A stretch of 64,000 nucleotides of DNA from Marinicella sp. (GCA_965230295.1 OZ246001.1:832001-896000), one strand, 5' to 3'. Positions 50,577-60,784 are shown, numbered from the stretch's first letter. Numbers and translations are program-made. The notes: generated by a model from the letters alone, not told the origin.

Positions 50577-50704
50577 GTCAGACCATGAACCAGAATGAAG
50601 TCCAAGGACATTCATTTTAATGTAGCGCTAATCATAATTAGCACTGGTTTATGTTTCTCAGGTTGATTAAAATGGCCAGTTCGTTCAATTCCGGAGCCAA
50701 GGGC

Positions 50705-52171
50705 ATGAAAATTAAAGCCACTCATCAAGCTGTGCATGAGACACAAGCAGATCACATCATTGTAGGCCATTACAACGATCAAAAAAACAACCCTCAAATC
50801 GACCTACTGGGTGACGACATAAAAGCTCAGTTTGCCAATCGATTGGCAAACGAAGATTTTACTGGTCAAAGCGGTCAGATTTTGACCTTATATAAGGATG
50901 ACGGTCAAGTTGTCAATGTTTTGGGCTTGGGTAAAGCGGATAAATTGACCGCAACTGCCTTGTATGAGAACACACACAAAGCCTTTGGTTCGCTGGCCAA
51001 GTCCAGAGCAAAATCTGTTGGTAATTACTTGGCCACCTGTGAATTTACCCATATAGATGCTGACCAAGCCATCAAACTGGTGACCTTGGCTGCCGCTCAT
51101 GCTGAATACCGTTACGAAGACACCAAGTCATTTAAAAAGGACAACAAGCATGGATTAAAACTGATGGAAGTGGCTGTCAGCAAAGAGCAAAAGCCTGCCT
51201 TAAAGCAAGCCAAAGCCATGGCAAGTGGTGTCCATGCTGCACGTCACCTGGGCAACAACCCACCGAATATATGCAATCCTAAATACATAGCTGAGTATGC
51301 CACCAGGATTGCAGAGAAGCACAAAGATTGCGAAATCAATGTGCTGAACCACAAGCAAATGAAAAAAATGGGCATGGGTGCCTTGCTGGCTGTTGGTCAA
51401 GGCAGCCACAATAAACCCAAAATGGTGGTACTTAAATACAATGGTGCTGACAAAGATCAGGCACCGATTGCATTGGTCGGCAAAGGCATCACTTTTGACA
51501 CCGGCGGCATTTCATTGAAACCAGGCCTTAATATGGACGAAATGAAATATGACATGTGTGGTGCGGCCACCGTCATTGGCGGATTCGTTGCGGCTGTTGA
51601 GCTGGGTTTGCCGATCAATTTAATGACCTTTGTGGCTGCAGTAGAAAACATGCCTGATGGCAAAGCCTATCGTCCTGGCGATGTCATCACCTCTTACTCA
51701 GGTAAAACCATAGAAGTGTTGAACACCGATGCCGAAGGTCGAATGATCTTGTGTGACACCTTAACTTATGCACAGGAGTTCAATCCGTCAGTGGTGCTTG
51801 ATTTTGCCACGCTGACTGGTGCTTGTGTGGTTGCGTTGGGACACCAAGCATCTGCCGTGATGACCAAAACTGAAGGCCTGTATGATGACTTAAAAACAGC
51901 CGGCCTACAGTCTCATGACCGTGTTTGGGAATTGCCACTTTGGGATGAGTACCAAAAGCAAATCGACACCACTTTTGCTGACATGCAAAACATTGGCGGC
52001 TTTCCTGCCGGAACGATCACTGCAGGATGCTTCTTGTCACGCTTTACTGATGGACAAAAATGGGCGCATGTTGACATTGCAGGAACGGCCTGGAACAACA
52101 AAAAAGAAGGAGCCACTGGCCGCCCTGTAGCCATGTTGACTCAATATTTAATCAGTGAAAGTGAAAAGTAA
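50705..52171 (+). CDS. pepA: Leucyl aminopeptidase (M17)
   Basis: VGKGITFDTGGISLKP, MKYDMCG, NTDAEGR. Start reassigned to ATG 50705. Confidence 0.96.
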   Translation: MKIKATHQAVHETQADHIIVGHYNDQKNNPQIDLLGDDIKAQFANRLANEDFTGQSGQILTLYKDDGQVVNVLGLGKADKLTATALYENTHKAFGSLAKSRAKSVGNYLATCEFTHIDADQAIKLVTLAAAHAEYRYEDTKSFKKDNKHGLKLMEVAVSKEQKPALKQAKAMASGVHAARHLGNNPPNICNPKYIAEYATRIAEKHKDCEINVLNHKQMKKMGMGALLAVGQGSHNKPKMVVLKYNGADKDQAPIALVGKGITFDTGGISLKPGLNMDEMKYDMCGAATVIGGFVAAVELGLPINLMTFVAAVENMPDGKAYRPGDVITSYSGKTIEVLNTDAEGRMILCDTLTYAQEFNPSVVLDFATLTGACVVALGHQASAVMTKTEGLYDDLKTAGLQSHDRVWELPLWDEYQKQIDTTFADMQNIGGFPAGTITAGCFLSRFTDGQKWAHVDIAGTAWNNKKEGATGRPVAMLTQYLISESEK

Positions 52172-52192
52172 GTACTAACATAGCAATTGACC

Positions 52193-54964
52193 ATGATAGA
52201 AAAATACGACCCAACCCAGATTGAAACCAAGTGGTACCAAAACTGGGAAAAGAATGGATACTTCAAAGCCAATCCCGAAGGTGATGAGTCTTATTGCATC
52301 ATGATCCCACCACCGAATGTAACAGGTACATTGCACATGGGACATGCTTTTCAGGACACCATCATGGATACCCTGATACGTTATCACCGCATGCAAGGAA
52401 AAAACACCCTGTGGCAACCAGGTACTGACCATGCAGGCATTGCCACACAAATGGTGGTTGAACGGCAGCTCAATGCCCAAGGCACTTCTCGCGCTGAGTT
52501 GGGGCGTGAGGCCTTTGTGGAAAAAGTGTGGGAATGGAAAGAACAATCAGGCAACACAATAACCAATCAATTGCGCCGCATGGGCGCATCGCCTGATTGG
52601 TCACGCCAAAGATTCACCATGGATGAAGGCTTGTCCGATGCCGTGTTAAAAGTTTTCGTCGACTTGTATGATGAAGGGCTCATCTATCGTGGTCAAAGAT
52701 TGGTCAATTGGGACCCTACTTTAAATACAGCACTCAGTGATTTAGAGGTTGAGTCGATTGAAGAAAATGGCTTTATGTGGCACTTCAATTACCCCGTTGC
52801 AGATGACAATGGACAGGCCACTGAAGAATACCTGACCATAGCCACCACTCGACCAGAAACTTTACTGGGTGACACCGCAGTGGCCGTCAACCCAGCAGAC
52901 GACCGGTTTAAGCACTTGATCGGCAAACAGGTCTTGCTGCCCATTTGTGATCGCTTGATTCCGATTGTAGGCGATGAACACGCTGACCCTGAAAAAGGCA
53001 CGGGCTGTGTCAAAATCACCCCTGCTCATGATTTCAATGATTATGAAGTGGGTAAGCGCCATAGCCTGCCAATGATCAATGTGCTGAATTTTAATGCCAC
53101 AATCAATAAAAACGCCCCTGAAGTTTTTCACGGCTTGCCCAGATATGAAGCCAGAAAAGCAGTGGTCAGTCAGATGGAGGCGCTGGGCTTGTTGGTAGAA
53201 ACCAAACCACATGTGCTGATGGTGCCCCGCGGTGACCGTTCTGGAGATGTGATTGAACCCATGCTAACCAATCAATGGTATGTGGATGCCAAAACATTGG
53301 CCAAACCTGCCATCGAAGCAGTTGATAAAGGTGACATCAAGTTTGTTCCTGATAACTGGAAGAACACTTATTATGCCTGGATGAATGACATTCAAGACTG
53401 GTGCATCTCGCGCCAGTTGTGGTGGGGTCACCGCATTCCAGCCTGGTATGATGAACAAGACAACTTCTATGTTGGATTGTCTAAAGCGGCTGTGCGTGAG
53501 AAACATGGTCTGGACGATGACATCAAGTTGCGCCAAGACCAAGATGTATTGGACACCTGGTTTTCATCGGCCTTGTGGCCCTTTGCCACCTTAGATTGGC
53601 CAGAAAACTCTGAAGAGTTACAAACCTATTACCCAACCAACGTTCTGGTCACTGGGTTCGACATCATTTTCTTTTGGGTGGCCAGGATGATCATGATGGG
53701 TATCAAGTTCATGGACAACATACCATTTAAAGAGGTCTACATCCATGGTTTGGTGCGTGACTCTCATGGGCAGAAAATGTCCAAATCTAAAGGCAATGTC
53801 CTGGACCCTATAGACTTGATTGATGGCATCAGTTTGGATGACTTGTTAGCCAAACGTACCCAAGGGCTGATGCAAGATCAACCTGCCAAAATAGCCAAAA
53901 TCAAAAAGGCCACTGAAGATGAATTCCCCGATGGCATCAAGCCCTATGGTTGTGATGCCATGCGCTTTACATTTGCTTCATTGGCCAGCACCGGTCGTGA
54001 CGTGAATTTTGACATGGGCCGGGTTGAAGGTTACCGAAACTTCTGCAACAAAATTTTCAATGCCTCACGATTTGTGTTTATGAATACTGAAGATTTTGAA
54101 AACACGGCATTCGGTCTGGACAAGGCATCAACAGCAGAAAAGTGGATTGTTTCAAGGTTACAAAAATGCATCAGCGATTACCGCCAGCATATGGATCGCT
54201 ACCGACTGGACTTGGCCAGCCAATGTATTTATGACTTCTTTTGGAATGAGTACTGTGATTGGTTCCTGGAATTGGCCAAGCCCTTATTAAAGACCGAACA
54301 CAAGGCGCAAGTTCAAGGCACCTTGCTTTATGTCTTGGATCAGGCTTTGCGTTTATTACATCCCATCATGCCTTTTGTGACCGAAGAAATTTGGCAAGAA
54401 GTCAAACAAAAGCTTTCAATTTCAGATGAGTCCATCATGATCAGCACTTTTCCAGAATTCGATGAATCATTGACATCTCAGGCTGCTGAACAAACCATTC
54501 AATGGATCAAAGATTTCACTTTAGGCATCAGACAGATCAGGGGAGAAATGAACATCCCGCCATCCAAGTCCTTATCTGTATTGTTGTCCCAAGCCAGCCC
54601 AAAAGATTTGGAGTATTTAGCCAGCCATCAGCCATTGTTACAAACCATGGCCCGGTTAGAGGCCATAGAAGTTTTACACGCTGGCGATGAAGAACCTGCT
54701 TCAGCCACAGCTTTGATGGGGGAAATGAAAATATTGATCCCATTGGCTGGTATCATTGATAAGGTTGAGGAGACCAATCGAATCACCAAGCAAATGGACA
54801 AAATCAATCAGGAAATCAAACGCTCATCTGGCAAGCTGAACAATGAAAAATTTGTCAGCAAAGCGCCAACTCATTTGGTCGATGCTGAAAAAGATAAGCT
54901 GCAAGCCAATCAACAAGCCCTGAGAGAACTTCAAGAACAGCTGGAAAAATTGCAGGCGATGTGA
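52193..54964 (+). CDS. valS: Valine--tRNA ligase
   Basis: [31 protein letters not shown]-terminal coiled coil. Confidence 0.98.
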   Translation: MIEKYDPTQIETKWYQNWEKNGYFKANPEGDESYCIMIPPPNVTGTLHMGHAFQDTIMDTLIRYHRMQGKNTLWQPGTDHAGIATQMVVERQLNAQGTSRAELGREAFVEKVWEWKEQSGNTITNQLRRMGASPDWSRQRFTMDEGLSDAVLKVFVDLYDEGLIYRGQRLVNWDPTLNTALSDLEVESIEENGFMWHFNYPVADDNGQATEEYLTIATTRPETLLGDTAVAVNPADDRFKHLIGKQVLLPICDRLIPIVGDEHADPEKGTGCVKITPAHDFNDYEVGKRHSLPMINVLNFNATINKNAPEVFHGLPRYEARKAVVSQMEALGLLVETKPHVLMVPRGDRSGDVIEPMLTNQWYVDAKTLAKPAIEAVDKGDIKFVPDNWKNTYYAWMNDIQDWCISRQLWWGHRIPAWYDEQDNFYVGLSKAAVREKHGLDDDIKLRQDQDVLDTWFSSALWPFATLDWPENSEELQTYYPTNVLVTGFDIIFFWVARMIMMGIKFMDNIPFKEVYIHGLVRDSHGQKMSKSKGNVLDPIDLIDGISLDDLLAKRTQGLMQDQPAKIAKIKKATEDEFPDGIKPYGCDAMRFTFASLASTGRDVNFDMGRVEGYRNFCNKIFNASRFVFMNTEDFENTAFGLDKASTAEKWIVSRLQKCISDYRQHMDRYRLDLASQCIYDFFWNEYCDWFLELAKPLLKTEHKAQVQGTLLYVLDQALRLLHPIMPFVTEEIWQEVKQKLSISDESIMISTFPEFDESLTSQAAEQTIQWIKDFTLGIRQIRGEMNIPPSKSLSVLLSQASPKDLEYLASHQPLLQTMARLEAIEVLHAGDEEPASATALMGEMKILIPLAGIIDKVEETNRITKQMDKINQEIKRSSGKLNNEKFVSKAPTHLVDAEKDKLQANQQALRELQEQLEKLQAM

Positions 54965-54980
54965 TCTTCTTGTTCATCAA

Positions 54981-55009
54981 AAGGTGGCATGACCTGAACA
55001 TGTCACCTT
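54981..55009 (+). terminator. Hairpin after valS (possible terminator)
   Basis: AAGGTGGCATG-acctgaa-CATGTCACCTT; weak U tract. Confidence 0.4.
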
Positions 55010-55135
55010 GTAACTCCGTACTTTAAACACCCTAAATTCTGTATGCCTAAATGCAGAAAACATAATTTTGGTCTGCTCTATCAATAATTACCCAGCTTGG
55101 GTAAAATAATTAGCAGCGTACAAAAAAATAACACC

Positions 55136-55735
55136 ATGAAACTCAACCTGACCCTAATCATTGCACTGGTTTTGTGTGGCTTCACCCACAAGTTACAAGC
55201 GGCATGCCCGACCGATGAGATATACCCTGATGCATCTTTTCCTGAATTAACCATTGAAACCACTATAGGTAAAGTCATTATTGAATTGGATAGAGGCCGT
55301 GCACCCTTGACTGTTAACCACTTTTTACACCACGTGAAAACAGGTATCTATGATGACAACCTGGTTCATCGCGTGGTGCCAGATTATGTAATCCAGACTG
55401 GAGCTTTTAAAACCGACCTATCAACAACCAAAGGATGTGGAACCCTATTCAATGAATCAGGCAATGGGTTGACCAATGATCGAGGCACCCTTTCAATGGC
55501 CAGATATGACGACCCACACTCAGCAAAGGCCAGTTTTTTCATCAACCTCAGTGACAATGAAAACCTTGACCCCAACAGGAAATCATGGGGCTATGCCGTA
55601 TTTGGTTATGTGGTTTCCGGCATGGATGTGGTTGACAAAATCGCACAAGTTAAAACCGGTTATGACAACCAGTTAAATGCCAAAGATGTTCCTACTGAAC
55701 CCGTAACAATTATCAGCGTGAGGCTTAACCAATGA
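55136..55735 (+). CDS. ppiA: Periplasmic cyclophilin-type peptidyl-prolyl isomerase
   Basis: Signal peptide; HRVVPDYVIQTG, RGTLSMAR, FFINL, GYAVFG. Confidence 0.85.
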   Translation: MKLNLTLIIALVLCGFTHKLQAACPTDEIYPDASFPELTIETTIGKVIIELDRGRAPLTVNHFLHHVKTGIYDDNLVHRVVPDYVIQTGAFKTDLSTTKGCGTLFNESGNGLTNDRGTLSMARYDDPHSAKASFFINLSDNENLDPNRKSWGYAVFGYVVSGMDVVDKIAQVKTGYDNQLNAKDVPTEPVTIISVRLNQ

Positions 55736-56040
55736 CAGCAGATTTTATTGAATTCAAAAAATCAGACACCTTAACCACCATTTATGTTCGTGGTGAAGTT
55801 GACTTATCCAACTCTGCTGAGGTGAGAAAAACAATCTTGGGAGCTTTGAAAACGACACCAGCTGTAAAAGTCAATTTGTCAGCTGTTGAATACATAGACT
55901 CATCCGGCATCGCTGCGATGGTTGAAGGGCTGCAATTTGCCAACAGCAATGGCCGCTCATTCTGCCTGACTGAACCCAGCACACAAGTTCGCAGTATCCT
56001 GGAGTTGGCCCGACTGGATCAGGTGTTTGACATTGAGTAA
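55732..56040 (+). CDS. STAS domain protein (anti-sigma-factor-antagonist / MlaB-like)
   Basis: VRGEVD...VNLSAVEYIDSSG...ILELARLDQVF. Confidence 0.88.
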   Translation: MTADFIEFKKSDTLTTIYVRGEVDLSNSAEVRKTILGALKTTPAVKVNLSAVEYIDSSGIAAMVEGLQFANSNGRSFCLTEPSTQVRSILELARLDQVFDIE

Positions 56041-56833
56041 ATTTCTGATCGAAAAAATTGAAACCATCGGTATGTGGTCCTACCAAGCCATCGAACGTGT
56101 CGGCTTTGCCATTCGTTTGTTTTGGGATAGTTTTTATTGGTTGATCATAGGACGTCGTTATAAACAGAAAGTGCGACTTCGACAAATTGTTGAGCAAATA
56201 CGGGTCAATGGATTTGATGCCTTGCCCATAGTGATGGCCTTGTCTTTTGTGGTGGGAATGATGCTTTCAATCCAGCTGTTGTATGCTTTGTCAGATTTTG
56301 GAGCAGAATCGCAAGTATTACTGGCTATTGCAAAATCTGTTACCCGAGAATTCTCACCACTGATCACCGGAGTCATTGTTGCCGGGCGCTCTGGTGCTGC
56401 CATAGCCGCTCGGATCGGCTCTCAGGTTGTGTCACAAGAAGTCGATGCCTTGAAAGTAATCGGGATTGTTCCGGTTCGATATTTGGTTTTACCACCCTTA
56501 TTGGGACTGATGATATCAATGCCATTGTTGATTGTGTGCGCTGATGTGATGGCCATCTTTGGCGGCGCCATTTTCAGTGTACAAAAACTCGACATGAGTA
56601 TCAGTGCTTACATGCTTGAATCTTTTAATGTCTTGATTGTGGGCGATGTCATGCAAGGCCTGATTAAAAGCGTAGTTTTCGGTGTGATCATTGTATTGGT
56701 TGGTGCCACCACAGGTTTTTATGTCACAGGTGGTGCAGAAGGCGTGGGTAAAGCCACCACAAGCGCGGTGGTAATTTCCATCTCATTCATTGTACTGGCT
56801 GACATGATTGCCAGTTACTTCTTAACTCAATAA
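56027..56833 (+). CDS. mlaE: MlaE-family ABC permease
   Basis: REFSPLITGVIVAGRSGAAIAARIG, EVDAL, GAEGVGKATTSAVV. Confidence 0.9.
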   Translation: MTLSKFLIEKIETIGMWSYQAIERVGFAIRLFWDSFYWLIIGRRYKQKVRLRQIVEQIRVNGFDALPIVMALSFVVGMMLSIQLLYALSDFGAESQVLLAIAKSVTREFSPLITGVIVAGRSGAAIAARIGSQVVSQEVDALKVIGIVPVRYLVLPPLLGLMISMPLLIVCADVMAIFGGAIFSVQKLDMSISAYMLESFNVLIVGDVMQGLIKSVVFGVIIVLVGATTGFYVTGGAEGVGKATTSAVVISISFIVLADMIASYFLTQ

Positions 56834-56840
56834 CAGTGCC

Positions 56841-57662
56841 ATGAATACAGCAGAAAACAAGCAAGAAACGGTCATTTCAGTCAAACAACTCGTCACCCAC
56901 TATGGCATGCGCAAAATCCTTGATGGCCTTGACCTTGATGTCAAAAAAGGTGAAATCAGAGTCATTATGGGCGGCAGTGGGTCTGGCAAGTCGACATTAT
57001 TGTGGCACATTTTGGGTTTGTACGAACCCACAGAAGGCCAGATAGAACTGCTCGGCCAAGACATCCATAAAATCAGTTTTAACGACCATTTAAAACTGAA
57101 ACAAAACATCGGTGTGTCCTTCCAGAGCGGTGCCCTGTTCTCTTCTATGACGGTTGGAGAAAACGTGGCATTGCCTTTGAGAGAGTTCACAGACTTAGAT
57201 GAAAACACCATTCGCATCATTTCTCGCATGAAGCTTGAGGTGGTTAACTTGGGCGGCTTCCATAAACTGATGCCATCACAGTTGTCAGGCGGCATGATCA
57301 AAAGGGCTGCGCTTGCCAGGTCTATTGTCATGGATCCTAAACTGCTGTTTTTTGATGAACCGTCAGCGGGGCTGGACCCAGTGGTGGCTTCTGAAATTGA
57401 CGATCTTATATTGTCTTTGCGCGACACTTTAGGCATGACCATGGTTGTGGTAACCCATGAACTTGACAGTGCATTTAAGATTGCTGATAAAATAACCGTT
57501 CTGGACAAAGGTAAAAACTTGATCACTGGGACAGTAGAAGAAATTCAAAGATCAGATAACAAGCGCGTGATGGACTTGTTACAACGCCGCTCAAGGCATG
57601 ACAAGTTAAACCCATCTGAATACCTCAGACGACTCACACAGGAAAATTACACACTCACATGA
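56841..57662 (+). CDS. mlaF: MlaF/Mkl-family ABC ATPase
   Basis: GGSGSGKS, FQSGALF, LSGGM, DEPSAGLDP, VTHE. Confidence 0.9.
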   Translation: MNTAENKQETVISVKQLVTHYGMRKILDGLDLDVKKGEIRVIMGGSGSGKSTLLWHILGLYEPTEGQIELLGQDIHKISFNDHLKLKQNIGVSFQSGALFSSMTVGENVALPLREFTDLDENTIRIISRMKLEVVNLGGFHKLMPSQLSGGMIKRAALARSIVMDPKLLFFDEPSAGLDPVVASEIDDLILSLRDTLGMTMVVVTHELDSAFKIADKITVLDKGKNLITGTVEEIQRSDNKRVMDLLQRRSRHDKLNPSEYLRRLTQENYTLT

Positions 57663-58603
57663 AAAGACACATCAGCAATTACTTTTGGGTCGGTTTATTC
57701 ACCCTATTTATCTCAGTATTCACTTTATGGGTGCTGATCAAAATGACTGGTAAAGAAGCAGATGCGGTGGAATACCACAGCTACTACGCCAATGTGACTG
57801 GTTTAGGTTATGGCACACCAGTCTATTTCGAAGGTTACCGCATCGGTCAGGTTGAATCCATCATGCCAGAATACAAACAAACCAAGCTCGACTTCAAGGT
57901 GACCTTCTCGGTATTAAAGGAATGGAAGATACCGACTGATTCTTCGGCGCAGATCAACTCAGCGGGTTTGCTGGCAGACATGTCAATCAACATCAAAGGT
58001 GGTGAGTCTACGGTCCATTTCCAGCCCGGTGAAACCATTCCCGGATTACCACCAGCGGATTTGTTTGCTCAATTGGCCGGTGTTTCTGATGACATCACAG
58101 AAATATCTGAAGAACAAATTAAACCGATGTTAACCATGCTGCATGAACGACTTGACAGCATCACGGCACAAATTGACCAGGGCTTACCTGGCATCATGGA
58201 TAACATCAACACGTCAACCACTGAGTTGAATCAGTTGATGCAATCGGCCAATAAAATTCTCAGCAATGAGAACACCGAAAACATTGATGAGTTCATCGCC
58301 AACCTCGCCAAGTTAACTTCTGAGATGCAACTGTCCATCAAGACCCTGGATGAAGGACTGGCCAACGTCAACAGTTTGGTGGCAGATGCCAGGGGGCTGA
58401 TTTCAGCTGATGATTCAGAAATGGCTGAAATTTTAAAAACGGCGGCCCGCAGCATGTTTGCCTTATCGAACAAATTAGACAGCATCACCAATGAAATCGA
58501 AAGTGCCAGCATGAACTTGAATGAAGCCACCAATCTCATCAGAAAAGATCCGTCCAGTTTGATTTTTTCTTCAGACGCAGCCGTTGAGGATGATGACTTA
58601 TGA
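57659..58603 (+). CDS. mlaD: MCE/MlaD family protein with long helical extension
   Basis: N-terminal TM, VTGLGYGTPVYFEGYRIGQV, coiled coil, C-terminal DPSSLIF. Confidence 0.85.
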   Translation: MKRHISNYFWVGLFTLFISVFTLWVLIKMTGKEADAVEYHSYYANVTGLGYGTPVYFEGYRIGQVESIMPEYKQTKLDFKVTFSVLKEWKIPTDSSAQINSAGLLADMSINIKGGESTVHFQPGETIPGLPPADLFAQLAGVSDDITEISEEQIKPMLTMLHERLDSITAQIDQGLPGIMDNINTSTTELNQLMQSANKILSNENTENIDEFIANLAKLTSEMQLSIKTLDEGLANVNSLVADARGLISADDSEMAEILKTAARSMFALSNKLDSITNEIESASMNLNEATNLIRKDPSSLIFSSDAAVEDDDL

Positions 58604-59178
58604 AACCTATATTAACCACTGTTCTGATTACCTTTATTTTGTTGATGGTTAATGCTTGTAGCAATCAACAAGCACAAGTCAAGCAATATTATCGTCTGGA
58701 TGCCCCGACTGATATCACGAACCAGGCAATAACTACCAAACCCTCGACATTGGTGGTCAAACGTCCCATGGCATTAAGCATTTTGGGTGGACGTCCCATG
58801 GTCGCCACCCAAGCTGACGGTTCACTGGTGCAACTCAGCCACAATTACTGGATAGAGTCACCCAAAATCCTGCTGCAGGATGTATTGCAAACTTGGGCTG
58901 CCAATCATTGGCAACAAGTCAGCAGTCAGGTGCCTCAAGATGACCATTACCACATTTTGGAATCGCGCATACTGGCCTTCGAAAAGAATCAAAGCATGGC
59001 TAAAGTCCATTTAGAATTTTATCTTTACGACACCAACAATCAATTGATTTTCAACCAACAAATGCTGGCTACTGAAAGCATAGAAAACGATGGATTTAAA
59101 GCATTTACACAGGCCATAACCATGGCATTGAACACCATCTTGAATCAACTGGGAGCTGAACTGGCAGATGTTAACTGA
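58600..59178 (+). CDS. PqiC-like ABC transport auxiliary lipoprotein
   Basis: Lipobox VNAC, QYYRL, YWIESPKILL; follows the MCE gene. Confidence 0.82.
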   Translation: MKPILTTVLITFILLMVNACSNQQAQVKQYYRLDAPTDITNQAITTKPSTLVVKRPMALSILGGRPMVATQADGSLVQLSHNYWIESPKILLQDVLQTWAANHWQQVSSQVPQDDHYHILESRILAFEKNQSMAKVHLEFYLYDTNNQLIFNQQMLATESIENDGFKAFTQAITMALNTILNQLGAELADVN

Positions 59179-59566
59179 CCGACTCATCAATGAATTGGGC
59201 TTATTGAAATTACAGTCCAAACACTGTACTCATAACAGCAGTGAAATTTTGGCTGATCTTGAAGCCGTTCAAGAACAACCACCAAAAGCACCACCTGTCA
59301 AACAGGCAGCAGACAAGCTTGACAAAAGTGAATTTCGACTACTGGTGAAGATGTTACAGGCGATTGGCCATGAATGCCAATACGACAACATCGCTATAGG
59401 AGACGGTGCAGTCACCTACCACCATCCAATCAAAACCATCATTTTTAATGACATCAACCTACCTGACAGTCGCCAAATCATGAATTTAAGTGCTCTGGCA
59501 GACTTGTTAGCCAATGAACAAATGAAGAGACCCGTTTGGGAAAAATTAAAAACCTTAAAGAGTTAA
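59168..59566 (+). CDS. Putative DNA polymerase III psi subunit (HolD)-like protein
   Basis: 132 aa; N-terminal LINELGL, central LLVKMLQAIG and C-terminal ALADLLANEQMKRPVWEKL parallel E. coli psi (LQQLGI; LVSDVLRAL; ALTDLRANPTARAALWQQI). Confidence 0.5.
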   Translation: MLTDRLINELGLLKLQSKHCTHNSSEILADLEAVQEQPPKAPPVKQAADKLDKSEFRLLVKMLQAIGHECQYDNIAIGDGAVTYHHPIKTIIFNDINLPDSRQIMNLSALADLLANEQMKRPVWEKLKTLKS

Positions 59567-59576
59567 CATAAGAACC

Positions 59577-60317
59577 ATGGTTCGAGACCACTTGTTTCAT
59601 AAGACACCATCCGCTGACAATGACTTCCGTTGGCGTGGTGGCGAAGTGTCCCGAATAGAGGCTTTTGCAGATGGTATTTTTGCCATCACCATCACTTTAT
59701 TGATTGTTTCTGGCTCAGCCACTGAAGGCTTTTATGACATGTGGTTGATGATCAGGGATTTACCCGCTTTCTTCCTCAGCTTCGCCATGATCATGTATGC
59801 CTGGTTGGAACACTACATTTACTTCAGGCGTTATGGTTTGGCAGATGGTTTCACATTGTTCTTGAATGCGGTGTTTTTATTTTTGGTCATGACTTTGGCT
59901 TATCCCTTGAAATTGCTCAGTACGTTTTTGTGGTACTTAATCATTGGAGAACCCACATCCACTTTATTCACCATTCCTGAACACAGCTCCCTGATGATTA
60001 CCAGCTTGGAGCAACGCATGTTCATGATGTACTTTTATGGTGCAGCCACCATTGGCCTGTTCGGCACTTTGCTGCTGATGCACATCAATGCTTTTCTTAA
60101 GAGAAATGACATCGAATTGGATGAGATTGAAATAGCCGTCACCAAACAATCCATCGCCCACCACCTAGCATCTACGTTGATTGCCCTGATCTCAATATCA
60201 GTGCTTGCACTGTCCAAAAATCCAGGACTCTCTGGTGTGGTGTATTTTTTAATGCCATTGGTCCACCCCTGTATCAGTTACTTATACATACGTAAAATTA
60301 AGCAAATAAAATCCTGA
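59577..60317 (+). CDS. TMEM175 family potassium channel
   Basis: SRIEAFADGIFAITITLL (RxxxF[SA]D), W..H...F motif, about 6 TM helices. Confidence 0.85.
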   Translation: MVRDHLFHKTPSADNDFRWRGGEVSRIEAFADGIFAITITLLIVSGSATEGFYDMWLMIRDLPAFFLSFAMIMYAWLEHYIYFRRYGLADGFTLFLNAVFLFLVMTLAYPLKLLSTFLWYLIIGEPTSTLFTIPEHSSLMITSLEQRMFMMYFYGAATIGLFGTLLLMHINAFLKRNDIELDEIEIAVTKQSIAHHLASTLIALISISVLALSKNPGLSGVVYFLMPLVHPCISYLYIRKIKQIKS

Positions 60318-60342
60318 CCCTGGCTGTCTATTAAGTAATGTC

Positions 60343-60615
60343 TATGGGTATCCATTCATTGCATAAAGGTTTCTTGACTTCGTCAAACCGCCTCTTCTTC
60401 ATGACCTAGCTGGCTAAGTACTCTCGCTGCGGTATTCATGCAAAGCTGAGTAACTTTTTTATTTTTGGCAAACCACCATGCTTTCATTACCTGCGCTGGT
60501 CGGACTATCGGACCGTTCTCCGGGGTTCAATTCGATCAAAAGGGTACTGGGCCCTTTATTTCAAAACTGTCACAAAAAAGAAACCCACATTTTATCTAGG
60601 CAATAGATACTCATA
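60343..60615 (-). mobile_element. MITE-like intergenic element, repeat copy B (core at 60474-60521)
   Basis: Imperfect 14-bp terminal inverted repeats TATGGGTATCCATT / AATAGATACTCATA (12/14), TA at both ends; carries the inverted copy of the 50352 core. Confidence 0.5.
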
Positions 60616-60784
60616 TCAAAGCCATTGTTAATGACAGGGGTGGTAACCAGGCTGTGGCTTGAGCATCTGTACAAGACACTTCATCAGACCCATTACCACA
60701 ACATTGCTTAAGTGCCTGTCTCTTGGAGTGATTTCATTGTTTGGGCACTGTCTCTGACTCCAACTAACCGATTATTCCAGCATC

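Noticed and set aside
56900-57526. 208-aa antisense ORF, and similar shadows (2962-3405, 33156-33680, 60712-61191, 61630-62046)
   Set aside because: They lie opposite well-supported genes, have no motifs, and reflect codon-bias shadows.
60431-60500. GGCAAAC and GCAAAGCT words resembling a c-di-GMP-I riboswitch
   Set aside because: They occur in the wrong order, the GAAA tetraloop stem is missing, and the site is between convergent genes.
50352-60521. The two inverted repeat copies as ends of a composite transposon or invertible segment
   Set aside because: The enclosed DNA is housekeeping (pepA, valS) with normal lptF-pepA synteny and no transposase or invertase; the copies are diverged.
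60521-60537. GGTTCAATTC resembling a tRNA T-loop
   Set aside because: The flanks CGGGG/CGATC do not form a T-stem, and no acceptor stem or CCA can be built.
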